From IMG/VR virus record IMGVR_UViG_3300009512_002372, positions 1 through 55,620 of that record: DNA of 55,620 nucleotides; one strand, 5' to 3'. Shown one piece after another: positions 45,153 to 55,620 of this stretch (position 1 is its first letter; every line of letters starts with the position of its first letter). Below the pieces are notes generated by a model. That model was not told the DNA's origin, ran no database searches, and saw only the letters and a list, made by a program, of their open reading frames with translations. Source of the stretch: a virus (taxonomy: Duplodnaviria; Caudoviricetes). The position numbers and the translations under genes were made by a program.

Positions 45153-45800
45153 ATGGCGACCACAAACATGGCCCCCTCGATGACAGCACCCACAACAGCC
45201 TCTCAAACCAGCCGCGTACCCGTCACCCTCGACGATTTACGCAGTATGGAAGACGCAATGTTTCAAAACCCTACTGCTAGGTTCTCAACGACCCAGCGAG
45301 TGTTTTTTGAGGCGCTACTATCGCACCCAACCTTAGATGTCGCAGCCGCCGCCAAGATTTGCGACGTGCCGATTAAGAAAGCGATGTCGTGGATAGCACA
45401 ACCGACGGTTCAAGCCGCTCTGAATCACCTTATGACCACCCGCATGAAGCGGCTGGGACTAGATAAGGACTCATTGCTGGCTAAAATCGTAGACTTACTT
45501 GATATGTCCACTGGCGTAGTCCCTATTATCAAATCGGGGTACGACAAAGACACTAAAACATTCACGTCGCAGTCAGTAAAAGAGACTGACTTAGGCGCAG
45601 CGGCCCGATTTACTGACCAGCTATCTAAGCATTTCCAACTTTATGCTCCTGAAGGTGTGTCTGGACTTAGCGTTAACCTCAGTTTGGTTATGGGGGAAGA
45701 CCCACAGCTCATTCCGCAGTCTAGCGAAGACGAGGTAGTGTCACTTGACGCGCTGCCTACGATTGAACTTGACCCTGACACGGAAGAGGACGCCGATTGA
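45153..45800 (+). CDS. terS: Terminase small subunit
   Basis: Directly upstream of terL; HTH-like region, VQAALNHLM, and DQLSKHFQLY. Confidence 0.7.
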   Translation: MATTNMAPSMTAPTTASQTSRVPVTLDDLRSMEDAMFQNPTARFSTTQRVFFEALLSHPTLDVAAAAKICDVPIKKAMSWIAQPTVQAALNHLMTTRMKRLGLDKDSLLAKIVDLLDMSTGVVPIIKSGYDKDTKTFTSQSVKETDLGAAARFTDQLSKHFQLYAPEGVSGLSVNLSLVMGEDPQLIPQSSEDEVVSLDALPTIELDPDTEEDAD

Positions 45801-47320
45801 GCGTTCAGCCGCCCGTCAACATTGATTACAAGGCATCACCGACCTTTAAGAGCTTCCATTCGGATCGCACTTCGTTCGTTCGCGGAATGCGCGGCCCTAT
45901 TGGTTCTGGGAAGTCCGTCGGTGCGATGATCGACGTGGCTTTGGAGAAAGCACTACAGCAAGCTCCGAACGCATCGGGTATTCGCAAGTCCCGATGGGGT
46001 TTAGTCCGAGCAACTTACCCCGAGTTAAAGAGTACAACGCTCAAGACGTTTCAAGATTGGCTGCCGGACTCGATATGCCCAGTCAAAATCAACGAATCTC
46101 CTATTACTGCGCGGTTAACGCTGCCACTGCCCGACAAAACCGTGGTCATGGCAGAGTTTGTGTTCATCGCGCTGGACAAACCGAAAGACTTAGGCAAGTT
46201 ATTGAGCTTAGAGTTGACCGGCGCGTTCTTAAACGAAGCAAAAGAGCTGGATAAGGCGGTTGCCGACACGATTACGTCTCGGGTAGGTCGGTATCCAGCG
46301 GTACGAGAAGGCGGCCCGAGCTGGTCTGGCGTCCTGATGGACACGAACAGCCCCGCGGAAGATCACTGGTACGCGGAGTTGGAGCAAAACCCGCCGGATG
46401 GCTGGACGTTTTACCAACAACCGCCCGCGCTACTGCGGTATAAGACGGGGTCACCCCTGCTGATGAACCCGGACACCACCGGGATTACTAAAGCAAGGTG
46501 CGAGAGTACCGGCTTCGAGCCAAACCCCGCCGCCGAGAACATACAGAACCTCCCCGGAGGGTATGAATACTACTATAACGCCATAGGCGGTAAAGACCCG
46601 AACTGGGTACGCGCCTATGTGCTGAACGAATACGCGACCGTGCGCGACGGCAGGCCGGTGTACGGCGAAACCTTCAATGAGAGGGTTCACGTCGCCAAGA
46701 CAAACCTTTGGCCGCTCAAAAAACACCCTATCTATATAGGATTGGACTTTGGACTGACTCCCAGCGCCATTTTTGGGCAGTATGTTGACGGCCAACTTCG
46801 TATTCTTGACGAGTTAGTGGCAACCCGCATGGGTCTGACTGACTTTATTACTACGGTGATGATGCCGCTGATTGCGCAGAAGTACGCGCAGCATGACCGC
46901 ATCTATGTCGGCGACCCTTCGGGCAACGCGGCGGGTGACACCGACGAAGTAAGCTGTTTTCAGGTAATGCGGGGCGCAGGCATGGCGGTTGTCCCGGCAT
47001 CTACTAACGCTATCGAGCCTCGTCTTGAGGCGGTACGTCACTTTCTCATGCGACTGGCCCCAAAGGGGGAACCGGCGTTCTTGCTGAGTGCGCACTGCAC
47101 CATTTTGAAATCCGGCTTCATTGCAGGCTATCAGTACGCCCGCGTTCAGGTTTCAGGCGAGGCTCGATACCGAGAGAAGCCAGACAAAAACAAATTTAGC
47201 CACCCCCATGACGCATTGCAGTATTTATGCTTGAGGGTTTTAACCGCGATAGCGCGGGAGAAAAACAGCGGGCATACGTTTGCCCCTTTGAAGGTTGCTG
47301 ACATGCGCACAGGTTACTAA
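45797..47320 (+). CDS. terL: Terminase large subunit
   Basis: GPIGSGKS, FLNEAKE, MDTNSP, IGLDFG and HPHDALQY motifs. Confidence 0.95.
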   Translation: MSVQPPVNIDYKASPTFKSFHSDRTSFVRGMRGPIGSGKSVGAMIDVALEKALQQAPNASGIRKSRWGLVRATYPELKSTTLKTFQDWLPDSICPVKINESPITARLTLPLPDKTVVMAEFVFIALDKPKDLGKLLSLELTGAFLNEAKELDKAVADTITSRVGRYPAVREGGPSWSGVLMDTNSPAEDHWYAELEQNPPDGWTFYQQPPALLRYKTGSPLLMNPDTTGITKARCESTGFEPNPAAENIQNLPGGYEYYYNAIGGKDPNWVRAYVLNEYATVRDGRPVYGETFNERVHVAKTNLWPLKKHPIYIGLDFGLTPSAIFGQYVDGQLRILDELVATRMGLTDFITTVMMPLIAQKYAQHDRIYVGDPSGNAAGDTDEVSCFQVMRGAGMAVVPASTNAIEPRLEAVRHFLMRLAPKGEPAFLLSAHCTILKSGFIAGYQYARVQVSGEARYREKPDKNKFSHPHDALQYLCLRVLTAIAREKNSGHTFAPLKVADMRTGY

Positions 47321-49518
47321 TGGAATCACCGATAGACGAAAAGAAAGTGATAGACCTCGATCCGGTATCGCTGTTAGGTCACACCCTGTCTACGTCTTTA
47401 ACTTCTGTTATTGCTAACCGCGCCACTATTGAGCAGCGTTGGGTACAAGACTTACAGCAGTACATTGGCGACTATGACGACTCATCGCTCAAGGCCATGC
47501 AGGACAACAAACGATCCAGTGTGTTTTTAAATATCACGCGCATTATGGTGAACCAGTCAGTAGCACAGATAGCCGACTTGCTGTTTCCTACCGACGATAA
47601 GAACTACGGCATCTCTGCCACTCCAAACTCCCAGATAGAAGGCGACCTGAAAGACTCATCCACCGCCCAAGTGGAAGGTGGGGGTCAAGTGATGGACGCC
47701 GAGACCGGAGAACCCATCTCCACAGCAGAGGTTGCCGCTCGGGCGCAGACAATCGCCAAAGAAAAAGCGATTTCGATGGAGCGTGAGATAGATGACCAGC
47801 TTGTGCAGTGCGATCACGCAGGGGAGGCCCGTAAAGCACTGCACTGGGCAGGGATTTTTGGCACAGGCATCCTAGCAGGCCCAGAATCGTTCACTACGAC
47901 ACGTCACAAGATGTCCATGAAAGCGGACAGCGCAGGCGTTAAGAAACCTAAAGTGACGTATGAGCCTCTGACAAGCGACTCACCGCGCACCCGAGCCGTG
48001 GCTCCGTGGGATTTCTACCCGGATTTGAGCGGCTCTACGATTGACGAGGCTGAGTTCATTTTTGAACGCAGCTATATGACTCGCAAACAGATGCGCGGGC
48101 TGGTGAAGCGTAAGAACTATATAAAGGAGAACGTCAAGAAAGTTCTCCTTGAAGACGCCAAGGATATACAGTTTTCCAACAACGGCCACGTCAATTCCCT
48201 GCGCAGGTTAACGGGCGGGTCTGACCAAACCATTGATAACCGATACGAAGTGTGGACATACCACGGCCCTATCGACAAGGAAGCGTTGATCGCAGCGGGC
48301 GTTAAGCTATCGAAGAACGACCCGCTGGACGAATTTGACGGCGTCGTGGTGTTTTGTGGCGGCAAGGTTTTAAAGGCCGTCTTAAATCCTCTTGAATCTG
48401 AAGATTGGCCGTACTCGTTGTGGAACTGGGCGGTCGATGACTTTTGTCCGTTTGGGTTTGGCGTACCGTGGCTGTGCCGTAACGAGCAAGCTATTGTAAA
48501 TACCGCATGGCGAATGATGCTGGACAACAGCAGCAAATCCGCGGGGCCACAGATTGTTGCCAAGCGGCATGCAATCACGCCTGCTGACGGTGACGAGACT
48601 ATCAGCCCTTGGAAGTTGTGGTACGCCGATGAGAGCATTAACGACGTCCGGTCTGCGTTTAGTGTCATGTCATTCCCTTCTGTCCAGCAAGAAGTCGGCA
48701 ACATTCTCACGATGGCGCGTAACTTCCTGACGGAGACCGCCGGGCTACCACCGCAGGTAGGGCAGGGCGCAGGCCAAGCGCCTAGCACATTAGGCGGTAT
48801 GGCAATGATGATGAACGCCAGCAACACGGATCGCCGACGCCAAGTGCGCGACTGGGACGACCGCGTGACGAAACCGCTAATCACACGTTTCTATTACTGG
48901 AACATGCAGTACCACGAAGACGACGCGATTAAAGGCGACTACGAAGTTCACGCCAGAGGTACTAGCGCGTTACTCCTGAGAGAGCAGCAAGCCATCAATC
49001 TCATGGCGGTACTGGACAAATACGCTGCGCACCCGGCACTGGCCGATTCCATTAGGCCGCAAGCGACGCTACGCAAGGTCATTCAGGCGATGCACATCGC
49101 ACCTGACGACTTGATTAAGACTGACGCGGAGCTGGAGGCCGAGCAGGCTGCCATGCAGGAGCAGCCGCCACAGGAAGACCCAATGATCGTGCTAGAGCAG
49201 ATGCGCGCCGAGCAGATTGCGCAGCGCCATGAAAACGCGCAGCAGCTTGAGCAGCTCAAGGCTAGTCTGGAATCAACCAACAGCGAAGCAGACAGGCAGC
49301 TCCGCAGAGATTTGGCAAGTTTAGAAGTCGAGAAACAAGACCGTCTGTTACAGATGGAAGCCCTAAAACTTTCTCAGACCAAAGATATTGGATACCAGAA
49401 AATACTTGCAGACTTGAAGAAGTCTCGCTGGAAGCTCAACTTAGATGACACCAAGTTTAAGAAAGAGATGGCGATTAAAGAACAGTCCGGCAACACGGCG
49501 AACTACGGGTTGGAATAG
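47320..49518 (+). CDS. Portal protein
   Basis: 732 aa after terL; PWDFYPD, GFGVP and helical C-terminal barrel of podoviral type. Confidence 0.88.
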   Translation: MESPIDEKKVIDLDPVSLLGHTLSTSLTSVIANRATIEQRWVQDLQQYIGDYDDSSLKAMQDNKRSSVFLNITRIMVNQSVAQIADLLFPTDDKNYGISATPNSQIEGDLKDSSTAQVEGGGQVMDAETGEPISTAEVAARAQTIAKEKAISMEREIDDQLVQCDHAGEARKALHWAGIFGTGILAGPESFTTTRHKMSMKADSAGVKKPKVTYEPLTSDSPRTRAVAPWDFYPDLSGSTIDEAEFIFERSYMTRKQMRGLVKRKNYIKENVKKVLLEDAKDIQFSNNGHVNSLRRLTGGSDQTIDNRYEVWTYHGPIDKEALIAAGVKLSKNDPLDEFDGVVVFCGGKVLKAVLNPLESEDWPYSLWNWAVDDFCPFGFGVPWLCRNEQAIVNTAWRMMLDNSSKSAGPQIVAKRHAITPADGDETISPWKLWYADESINDVRSAFSVMSFPSVQQEVGNILTMARNFLTETAGLPPQVGQGAGQAPSTLGGMAMMMNASNTDRRRQVRDWDDRVTKPLITRFYYWNMQYHEDDAIKGDYEVHARGTSALLLREQQAINLMAVLDKYAAHPALADSIRPQATLRKVIQAMHIAPDDLIKTDAELEAEQAAMQEQPPQEDPMIVLEQMRAEQIAQRHENAQQLEQLKASLESTNSEADRQLRRDLASLEVEKQDRLLQMEALKLSQTKDIGYQKILADLKKSRWKLNLDDTKFKKEMAIKEQSGNTANYGLE

Positions 49519-49721
49519 TGAGAACGCCTAGTTGGACAGAGATTAAACGAGTGAGCCAAAACAAAATGGACTCATCTCACAAAGAACTCCTCAGTTGCTC
49601 CCTCGACAGCGTCGAGCGGGTACGAGGCCGCATAGAGGCTTATCAAAGCATCTTGCGATTAGAGCAGGGCGAGCCGGATAATACCCCGGACTCCTCCTTT
49701 TTCGACACCCCCCTCCAGTAA
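49518..49721 (+). CDS. Hypothetical protein
   Basis: Coupled to the portal gene; RVRGRIEAY pattern. Confidence 0.65.
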   Translation: MRTPSWTEIKRVSQNKMDSSHKELLSCSLDSVERVRGRIEAYQSILRLEQGEPDNTPDSSFFDTPLQ

Positions 49722-49747
49722 AACGGACGCAATGAAAGGGTCGATGT

Positions 49748-50689
49748 ATGAGTGAAGATAACAATAACGAGTTAGATGTTAAGTCAGATATAGATGCCGA
49801 GACGTTTCAAGAGTTTGCCCAACTTCTTGATGACGACGGCAACTTAAAAACAGCTCCACCCGATACCGAAGAACCGGAGACCACAGCAGGCGACCCAGCG
49901 ACCTTGCAGCAAACCGAGGACGGCGATAAGCCCGAGGTAGCTGTAAGCGCGCCAGCGGAGCCTAATGTGTTCGACGGACTATCCCCTGCCCAGCAGCAGG
50001 CGGTAGCCGACCTTCAGGCGAACTATGCAAAAATCCAACACTCGGAAAATTCCAATCGCCACCGAGTATCGGCACTGACGAAGAAGTTGAACGCCCTTGA
50101 GAAAGACGCAAGTGAGAAGGTAACTTCTGCACCCGCGCCCTCTCCCGAGGGGGTTGAAGACGTTACGACTGAGCCAGAAGTAGACCTTGCTCAGTTCGAA
50201 GAGGATTTTCCCGAAGTGTTCGGCGCAATAAAAGCGATGAACAAACGGGAGGTTGACTCCGTGCGCCAACAGCTTGCCGACGTGCAGCCTACTATTGACA
50301 CCATTAACCAAGACCGGGAAACGGATTTCCTATCGTCGCAACTCGCGGCACTGGCAGGACGCCACCCGGACTTTCAACAGATACAAGAAAGCTCGGATTT
50401 TTGGGGTTGGATAGAACAGCAAAGTGATGGAGTAAAACAACTCGTTGGGTCTAAAGGAGCGGAAGATAACATCGTTCTTTTAGACCTTTATAAACGCGCG
50501 AACTCTCAGCAGTACGCTCAACCGCAAGCGGAGGTGGCCCCGGCCGCTGAAGCACCTAGCCGTCCACGAAGTGCTGACGCAGGCGACAGTCTGCCGCGCG
50601 CAGGAGTGGGGCGGTTAAACGGCGGAGCTGGCAGCGAGAGTTCTTCGTGGGAATATTGGGCAAATCAAGCAAACCAAGACCTTATATAA
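49748..50689 (+). CDS. Capsid scaffolding protein
   Basis: Acidic coiled coil with FEEDFPE and HPDF; precedes the capsid gene. Confidence 0.75.
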   Translation: MSEDNNNELDVKSDIDAETFQEFAQLLDDDGNLKTAPPDTEEPETTAGDPATLQQTEDGDKPEVAVSAPAEPNVFDGLSPAQQQAVADLQANYAKIQHSENSNRHRVSALTKKLNALEKDASEKVTSAPAPSPEGVEDVTTEPEVDLAQFEEDFPEVFGAIKAMNKREVDSVRQQLADVQPTIDTINQDRETDFLSSQLAALAGRHPDFQQIQESSDFWGWIEQQSDGVKQLVGSKGAEDNIVLLDLYKRANSQQYAQPQAEVAPAAEAPSRPRSADAGDSLPRAGVGRLNGGAGSESSSWEYWANQANQDLI

Positions 50690-50714
50690 CCCGCCAACTA
50701 CGAGGTAACTACTC

Positions 50715-51722
50715 ATGGCTATTACTAACTACGGTGACGTAACGTCACGCATCGGCATGTATGCCGCTGTAAAAATGCTCAAACACGCTGAACCCATCCT
50801 TGTTCTGGAGAAGTTCGCACAACCACGGCCCATGCCGCAAAACAAAGGACTGGTGATTAAGTTCCGTAAGCCTACCCCTTTCGCTGTCTCTACGACTGCG
50901 CTGACCGAAGGTGTTAGACCTTCTAGTCAGCAAATGACGTATTCAGACAGAACGGCAACACTCTACCAGTACGGTGCTTGGGTTGAACTGACGGATGTCA
51001 TTGCTGACACCCACGAAGACCCCGTGTTGAATGACACGTCTATGCTTTGTGGCGAACAGGCTGCTGAGACCCGTGAAATACTCAACTGGAACATCATAAC
51101 AGGCGGCACAAACGCGACGATGGCTAGTGCTGTTGCGAACCGAGCTGCGGTTACTAGCCCTATCTCGCTAAACGACGTCAGGTCTGTTGTTCGTAAGTTA
51201 CGTCTGGCCCGAGCCAAGCCTGTCACTAAAATTCTTAGTGGTAGTGTCGATGTGGGTACTAAGCCCGTGGACGGAGGCTACATCGCTTTCGGACATACTG
51301 ACATTGAGGCTGATTTGCGCGCGCTGGCTTCGTTCACCCCGGTGGCCGAGTACGGCAGTCGCCAACCTCTGTGTGACCAAGAGTCAGGATCATTGGAGAA
51401 TATCCGCTTTGTCCTGTCACCTCTGTTCAGCTCTGTGATAAACGCAGGCGGCGCTAAAGGCTCTGGAGCTACCGAACGGGTATCTCAAGCTGGCACGAGT
51501 TGCGACGTGTATCGCACTATCGTAGTTGGCGCTGAGGCTTGGGGGACTGTTCCGCTTAAAGGCAAGGAGTCCATCGTACCTATGGTCTTGAATCCCGGCA
51601 CTCCCCGTGGCGGCGATGAGTTAGGCCAACGCGGCTCTGTTGCTTGGAAGACGTGGCACACAGGTCTCATTCTCAATGAGGCTTGGATGAACCGCATCGA
51701 GTCTGCCGTCACTAAACTTTAA
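50715..51722 (+). CDS. Major capsid protein, N4-gp56 family
   Basis: LTEGV.P, QYG, HEDP, DELGQRGSVAWK and ILNEAWM motifs. Confidence 0.93.
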   Translation: MAITNYGDVTSRIGMYAAVKMLKHAEPILVLEKFAQPRPMPQNKGLVIKFRKPTPFAVSTTALTEGVRPSSQQMTYSDRTATLYQYGAWVELTDVIADTHEDPVLNDTSMLCGEQAAETREILNWNIITGGTNATMASAVANRAAVTSPISLNDVRSVVRKLRLARAKPVTKILSGSVDVGTKPVDGGYIAFGHTDIEADLRALASFTPVAEYGSRQPLCDQESGSLENIRFVLSPLFSSVINAGGAKGSGATERVSQAGTSCDVYRTIVVGAEAWGTVPLKGKESIVPMVLNPGTPRGGDELGQRGSVAWKTWHTGLILNEAWMNRIESAVTKL

Positions 51723-51745
51723 GCTGACGTAAGGCTTCACCTTCG

Positions 51746-51783
51746 GGGTGGATGAGGCATGAGCTTCATCCACCCTTTTTTTT
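51746..51783 (+). terminator. Rho-independent terminator after the capsid gene
   Basis: GGGTGGATGAGGC-ATGA-GCTTCATCCACCC followed by T8. Confidence 0.9.
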
Positions 51784-51813
51784 AATCTAATTCTAATAAG
51801 AGACTTGAACTTT

Positions 51814-52233
51814 ATGGCTATAAACCGATCTACAACGAAAAAAGAGCTTGTCGAATACCTGCGTGATACCCACGGGGTTGACATGCCAAAGGCATCCAAA
51901 GACGAACTCCTCCTCGAATGTTCGACACTGGATGGCGTATCGTATGAAAATATGGAAGCACCCTCGAAACAAGATGACACCCCAGACGCAAGGGCTGCCG
52001 CAGCAGAACGCAAGATTAAAATTCGCATATCGTCATCGCATGACAACAATGACCCTGTGTTTGTAGGCGTTAACAGCAACACCTACCTGATCCAACGTGA
52101 CATGGACGTTGAGGTTCCAGCATCGGTCGTCGATGTCCTAAGAAACGCATCCACTGCCACTTTTAAAATGATTAACAACGAGATGATACCGATCACCACC
52201 CAGAACTACCCTTTTTCTATATTGTCTGAGTAG
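51814..52233 (+). CDS. Conserved virion-associated protein
   Basis: PVFVGVN..TYLIQR..VEVP..V.DVL pattern, following the N4-type capsid gene. Confidence 0.7.
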   Translation: MAINRSTTKKELVEYLRDTHGVDMPKASKDELLLECSTLDGVSYENMEAPSKQDDTPDARAAAAERKIKIRISSSHDNNDPVFVGVNSNTYLIQRDMDVEVPASVVDVLRNASTATFKMINNEMIPITTQNYPFSILSE

Positions 52234-52239
52234 CTTTAA

Positions 52240-52899
52240 ATGAACTATTTCACCCTTGTCAAAAAGACGTGGCAGAAGTGTGGCCTGACGGGCGCGGGGC
52301 CAACCTCGGTGGTGTCTCAAGTCAGCATGCCCGGAAGGATCGTCGCGTTTGTTGACGAGGCGTATGCTTTTATCCAAGGGCAACACACCAACTGGAAGTT
52401 TCTTTGGCGGAAAAAGACGGGCATTGCGCTAACGATAGGTGATTCGTATTACCTTCCCGGCGATCTGGGGGTGACAGACTTAGCCGCATTGAGCAAGGTG
52501 TTCATACAAGTCTCAGGTCAGTGGACGTCTATTGAGATCGTCAGAGAGGAGTCTAGGGCAGCCGAATTTGATAACGTGCCGACGGCTAATGCCTGCCCGG
52601 CGGGGCTGTATATACTGCCCAACGGCGCGTGGCAATTTAACGCCCCACCTGACTTGGCGTACCCGGTAATCATAGAGTATTACCGTACTGCTGACACGTT
52701 AACATTAAACTCAAGTGTTCCGTTATTCCCGGTAGACTATCACCGCGCTATCGTCGCGCGGGCTGTCATGGCCTACGCTCAGTACGATGAGGATCAAACG
52801 CTTGAGCGCGCGGCAACGGTTGACTTCTCTCAGATTTTGCATCGCCTAGAGTGCAACCAACTTCCGCTTTTGACGTTTGCACCAAGTGAGTTTTCCTAG
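52240..52899 (+). CDS. Head-tail adaptor (tail tubular protein A-like)
   Basis: WKFL...PLFPVDYHRAIV; position. Confidence 0.7.
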   Translation: MNYFTLVKKTWQKCGLTGAGPTSVVSQVSMPGRIVAFVDEAYAFIQGQHTNWKFLWRKKTGIALTIGDSYYLPGDLGVTDLAALSKVFIQVSGQWTSIEIVREESRAAEFDNVPTANACPAGLYILPNGAWQFNAPPDLAYPVIIEYYRTADTLTLNSSVPLFPVDYHRAIVARAVMAYAQYDEDQTLERAATVDFSQILHRLECNQLPLLTFAPSEFS

Positions 52900-54710
52900 T
52901 GACGACGCTGGTTGCGGAAACTGTTATGGCAGGCGGCCTCAACCTTTCGGCTCCACCTCTATCCCTCACGGCCGGGGAGGCGATCCAACTTTTTAATTAC
53001 GAAGTAACCGACCTCGGGCGATACAAACGCATAGCAGGCTACGAGCGTTTCGACGGGCGCAAACGCCCAAGCGAGCAGTCGTATGACTGCATCTTGTTGG
53101 CAGGGGCGACTACCGCCAGCGTCGGAGGCACCATAACAGGCGGCACTAGCGGCGCGACAGGTATTTTAGTAGCGATAGACGCGGCGACAAATACGCTGTG
53201 CCTCGTGAATAAATCTGGCACGTTCGTATCCAACGAGTCGGCAGGCGGGGCCGTCATCACTTCGGTATACCCTCCCGGAACCGGAGGTAGTGACGCGATA
53301 GATCAGTCCTTTAGCTTGGCGGTGTTAGCCTACTTTAGAGGTCTTATTACCGCAGTCCCCGGAAGTGGCCCTGTCCGTGGCGTCGTGACGTACAACGGCG
53401 ACGTGTACGCTTTCAGAGATAACGTAGGCGGCACTGCGGGTGTCATGCACAAGTCTACGACAGCAGGCTGGACGGTAGTCACAACGCCAACACCTTTAGT
53501 CCCCGGCGGGCGATACCAGTTTACCAAAGCGAAGTTTTCTTTGCCTGCCCTACCTGAGTCTACCACCCACGCCTTTAACGTAGCCGTTCCTTTGCTGGTT
53601 GGAACTGACGGCAAGAATAAAGCGTTTACGTTTAATGGGACAACTTACACAGAGTTATCCACAGGCATGTCAACGGATACTCCTAACTGCTTGGCAGTAA
53701 CAGGCACAGGTATTTTAGTTCTCGGCTACGAGTTCGGATCGTTGATGCTGTCTAAGATCGGCGACCCCACCGTGTTTACCGCTTCTCAAGGCGGCGCAGA
53801 AATCGCATTGGGTGACAGCCCCCACAGCTTAATCACCACACCGAACAACTCGATGGGCGTCTACTGCCGACGTTCGGTCAAAGTTTTGTACGGGACAACC
53901 CCGGCTGACATGCAGCTAACAGAATTCGATGGCGCGGCAGGGGTGTATCCACACACTGTTCAGCCTCTTGGCGATCCTGTCTTCCTGTCAGATCAAGGCG
54001 TGTGGAAACAAACAAGGGTCACCGACTTCGGGGATTTTTCGGGTACGCCGCTGTCTTATAAAGTAGACCCACTGCTAGAACGCTACCGAGGGAAAGCGGT
54101 CGCCAGTTTTATGGTACGCGAAAAGAATCAATACCGTCTGTGTATGGACGACGGCTCTGGCCTAATCTTTACCTTTGCGGGGGCCGAGGTCATTGGCGTT
54201 TCGACGTTTGATTTTGGTAAGCCCGTTGCCTGTGCGTACTCAGGAGATATCACAGGGCTAGAAGAGATTTTCTTCGGAACCAACGATGGGTTCGTCTACC
54301 AAGCCGAGAAAGGAAACTCTTTAGACGGTCTCCCGCTCAAGTCAGTGCTGCGCCCTGCGTTCACCTTTATCGAAGGGCCGGAATTTAGAAAGCGGTTTAA
54401 GAAAGTCGTGATGGAAGTCGAAAGTGTGCGTGCTACATCGCTCACCATCATCCCTGAGTTTGACTACGGGGGAAACAACTTTGCGCATACCGCCTATGAT
54501 GCAATCGCGGTAGGCGGCGGTGGATATTATGACTCCGCGCTTTGGGACGAAGTCTATTGGTCTACCACGCTTGCGTATCTGGTGGATATGTACCTCGACG
54601 GGGTAGGGCGAAACGTCTCGATGGTTCTTTTCACCGACGCAGTCAATGAAACTCCCCACACGGTTAACTCTATGTTAATCCACTGGTCCCCACGAGCAAG
54701 GCGAAAATAA
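52899..54710 (+). CDS. Tail nozzle/stabilisation protein (tubular B-like)
   Basis: GGLN...YKRIAGYERFDG; beta-rich, 603 aa. Confidence 0.7.
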   Translation: MTTLVAETVMAGGLNLSAPPLSLTAGEAIQLFNYEVTDLGRYKRIAGYERFDGRKRPSEQSYDCILLAGATTASVGGTITGGTSGATGILVAIDAATNTLCLVNKSGTFVSNESAGGAVITSVYPPGTGGSDAIDQSFSLAVLAYFRGLITAVPGSGPVRGVVTYNGDVYAFRDNVGGTAGVMHKSTTAGWTVVTTPTPLVPGGRYQFTKAKFSLPALPESTTHAFNVAVPLLVGTDGKNKAFTFNGTTYTELSTGMSTDTPNCLAVTGTGILVLGYEFGSLMLSKIGDPTVFTASQGGAEIALGDSPHSLITTPNNSMGVYCRRSVKVLYGTTPADMQLTEFDGAAGVYPHTVQPLGDPVFLSDQGVWKQTRVTDFGDFSGTPLSYKVDPLLERYRGKAVASFMVREKNQYRLCMDDGSGLIFTFAGAEVIGVSTFDFGKPVACAYSGDITGLEEIFFGTNDGFVYQAEKGNSLDGLPLKSVLRPAFTFIEGPEFRKRFKKVVMEVESVRATSLTIIPEFDYGGNNFAHTAYDAIAVGGGGYYDSALWDEVYWSTTLAYLVDMYLDGVGRNVSMVLFTDAVNETPHTVNSMLIHWSPRARRK

Positions 54711-55620
54711 TGGCGAATAACTATTACGAACACGACAATCCTTTTGTCGCAGGAACCCTAGTCGCCTCTGCGGCGGTTAACTCTCAGCTCGATCTTATCG
54801 AGACGGGTTTTGAGGCGGCGGAAGCAACGCTTGCCAAAACCGTGCAAGTGCCTAGCGACTTCACAGGAACTACCCAAATTTCTTCCCAAACATTTCCTAA
54901 CAAGCTGATATATATAAACACCGCAGGCAATGTTGATCTGTACAGCCTAGCCGCTTTTGATGCCTCAGTAACAGCGTCAGCCGACAGAGCGACTGCGTCA
55001 GCCGACAGCGCGACTGCGTCAGCCGACAGCGCCGCTGCGGCAGCCAACAGCGCGACTGCGGCAGCCACGCAAGTAGGACTGGCAACAGACCAAGTAGGAC
55101 TTGCCACCACGCAAGTAGGACTTGCCACCACGCAGGCAGGACTAGCGGCGGGCAGCGCATCGGACGCCGCAAACAGCGCCACGGCTGCGGCAGCCGCATT
55201 GCCGACTGGAACAACCACCAACTCAATGCTGCGTTACAACGGATCATCTTGGGTAGAGACAGATAAGCTCCAAGTAGATGCCGCTGGAGTCGTTACTGCG
55301 ACCGCTGGCCTACAAAGCACAGGCGCAGGCACTGACAGCTTTAGAGCTGGCAAACTAGCAGGCGACACCAATCAAGGCAATAACGGCATCATCATCAGCT
55401 CCACCGGAGCTATACTAGATGACACTACTGCTGGTCACATCCACATAGCGAGCAGCACTGGCTCAATTGACTACACTACCGCTGCTGGCTGGACTGCTAC
55501 TGATAGCTCTAGCACGTTTTCTCTTAAACTTGCAGCAAATTTACCCCTCGTATCTTATACCGGACCCGGAGTTCCAACTACTGTCGGCATACAAATTGGA
55601 TCGACAGCGGGTACTGTGGC
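54710..55620 (+). CDS. Tail fibre protein, N-terminal part (3'-partial; absent from the ORF track)
   Basis: ATG at 54710 (MANNYYEHDNPFVAG...VNSQLDLIETGF), Ala/Ser heptad repeats; open to the window end. Confidence 0.85.
   Translation, partial: MANNYYEHDNPFVAGTLVASAAVNSQLDLIETGFEAAEATLAKTVQVPSDFTGTTQISSQTFPNKLIYINTAGNVDLYSLAAFDASVTASADRATASADSATASADSAAAAANSATAAATQVGLATDQVGLATTQVGLATTQAGLAAGSASDAANSATAAAAALPTGTTTNSMLRYNGSSWVETDKLQVDAAGVVTATAGLQSTGAGTDSFRAGKLAGDTNQGNNGIIISSTGAILDDTTAGHIHIASSTGSIDYTTAAGWTATDSSSTFSLKLAANLPLVSYTGPGVPTTVGIQIGSTAGTV
54972..55150 (+). repeat. 21-bp tandem repeats (ASADSAT x3, QVGLATT x4) in the tail-fibre stalk
   Basis: gcgtcagccgacag and caagtaggact repeated at 21-nt spacing. 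Confidence 0.85.
55404..55620 (+). repeat. Imperfect terminal direct repeat, copy 2 (matches 1-217)
   Basis: Manual alignment. Confidence 0.95.

Larger units (their letters stand above)
1..55620. mobile_element. Near-complete temperate podovirus-like phage genome (circularly permuted, apparently unintegrated attP form)
   Basis: Complete set of terminase, portal, capsid, tail, lysis, integration, repressor and replication genes; no host housekeeping genes; contig ends overlap within a tail-fibre gene. Confidence 0.93.

Overview
The window is an essentially complete genome of a temperate, podovirus-like dsDNA phage, probably with a proteobacterial host. It is circularly permuted and opens inside a tail-fibre gene: bases 1-217 are a ~92%-identical copy of 55404-55620. 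Modules in window order: (1) tail-fibre C-terminus, a GH5-like glycoside hydrolase and holins; (2) ejection/internal virion proteins with a GNAT, a ddrB-like ParB protein, an M15 peptidase and a 3147-aa polyvalent protein; (3) attP (5' half of tRNA-Arg CCT), tyrosine integrase and Xis; (4) a leftward replication operon (metallophosphoesterase, SNF2 helicase, VRR-NUC, PolA, DUF2815 SSB, DUF2800 nuclease); (5) a cI/cro switch, primase-helicase, dNMP kinase and Q-like gene; (6) a GC-rich leftward early operon with a MoxR-AAA / DUF3150-like / metallopeptidase-vWA triad; (7) an iteron-rich non-coding region; (8) terS, terL, portal, scaffold, N4-gp56-type capsid and tail genes. The most notable observations are that the giant virion protein is cut into effector modules by a recurring (D/S/A)-(I/L)-L-(G/A)-S-R motif, that an AT-rich gene is bracketed by perfect 24-bp direct repeats inside the repressor transcript, that attP supplies a promoter plus a tRNA 5' half, and that the two tail-fibre copies at the contig ends have diverged. 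All family assignments come from motif recognition by eye; no database searches were run.
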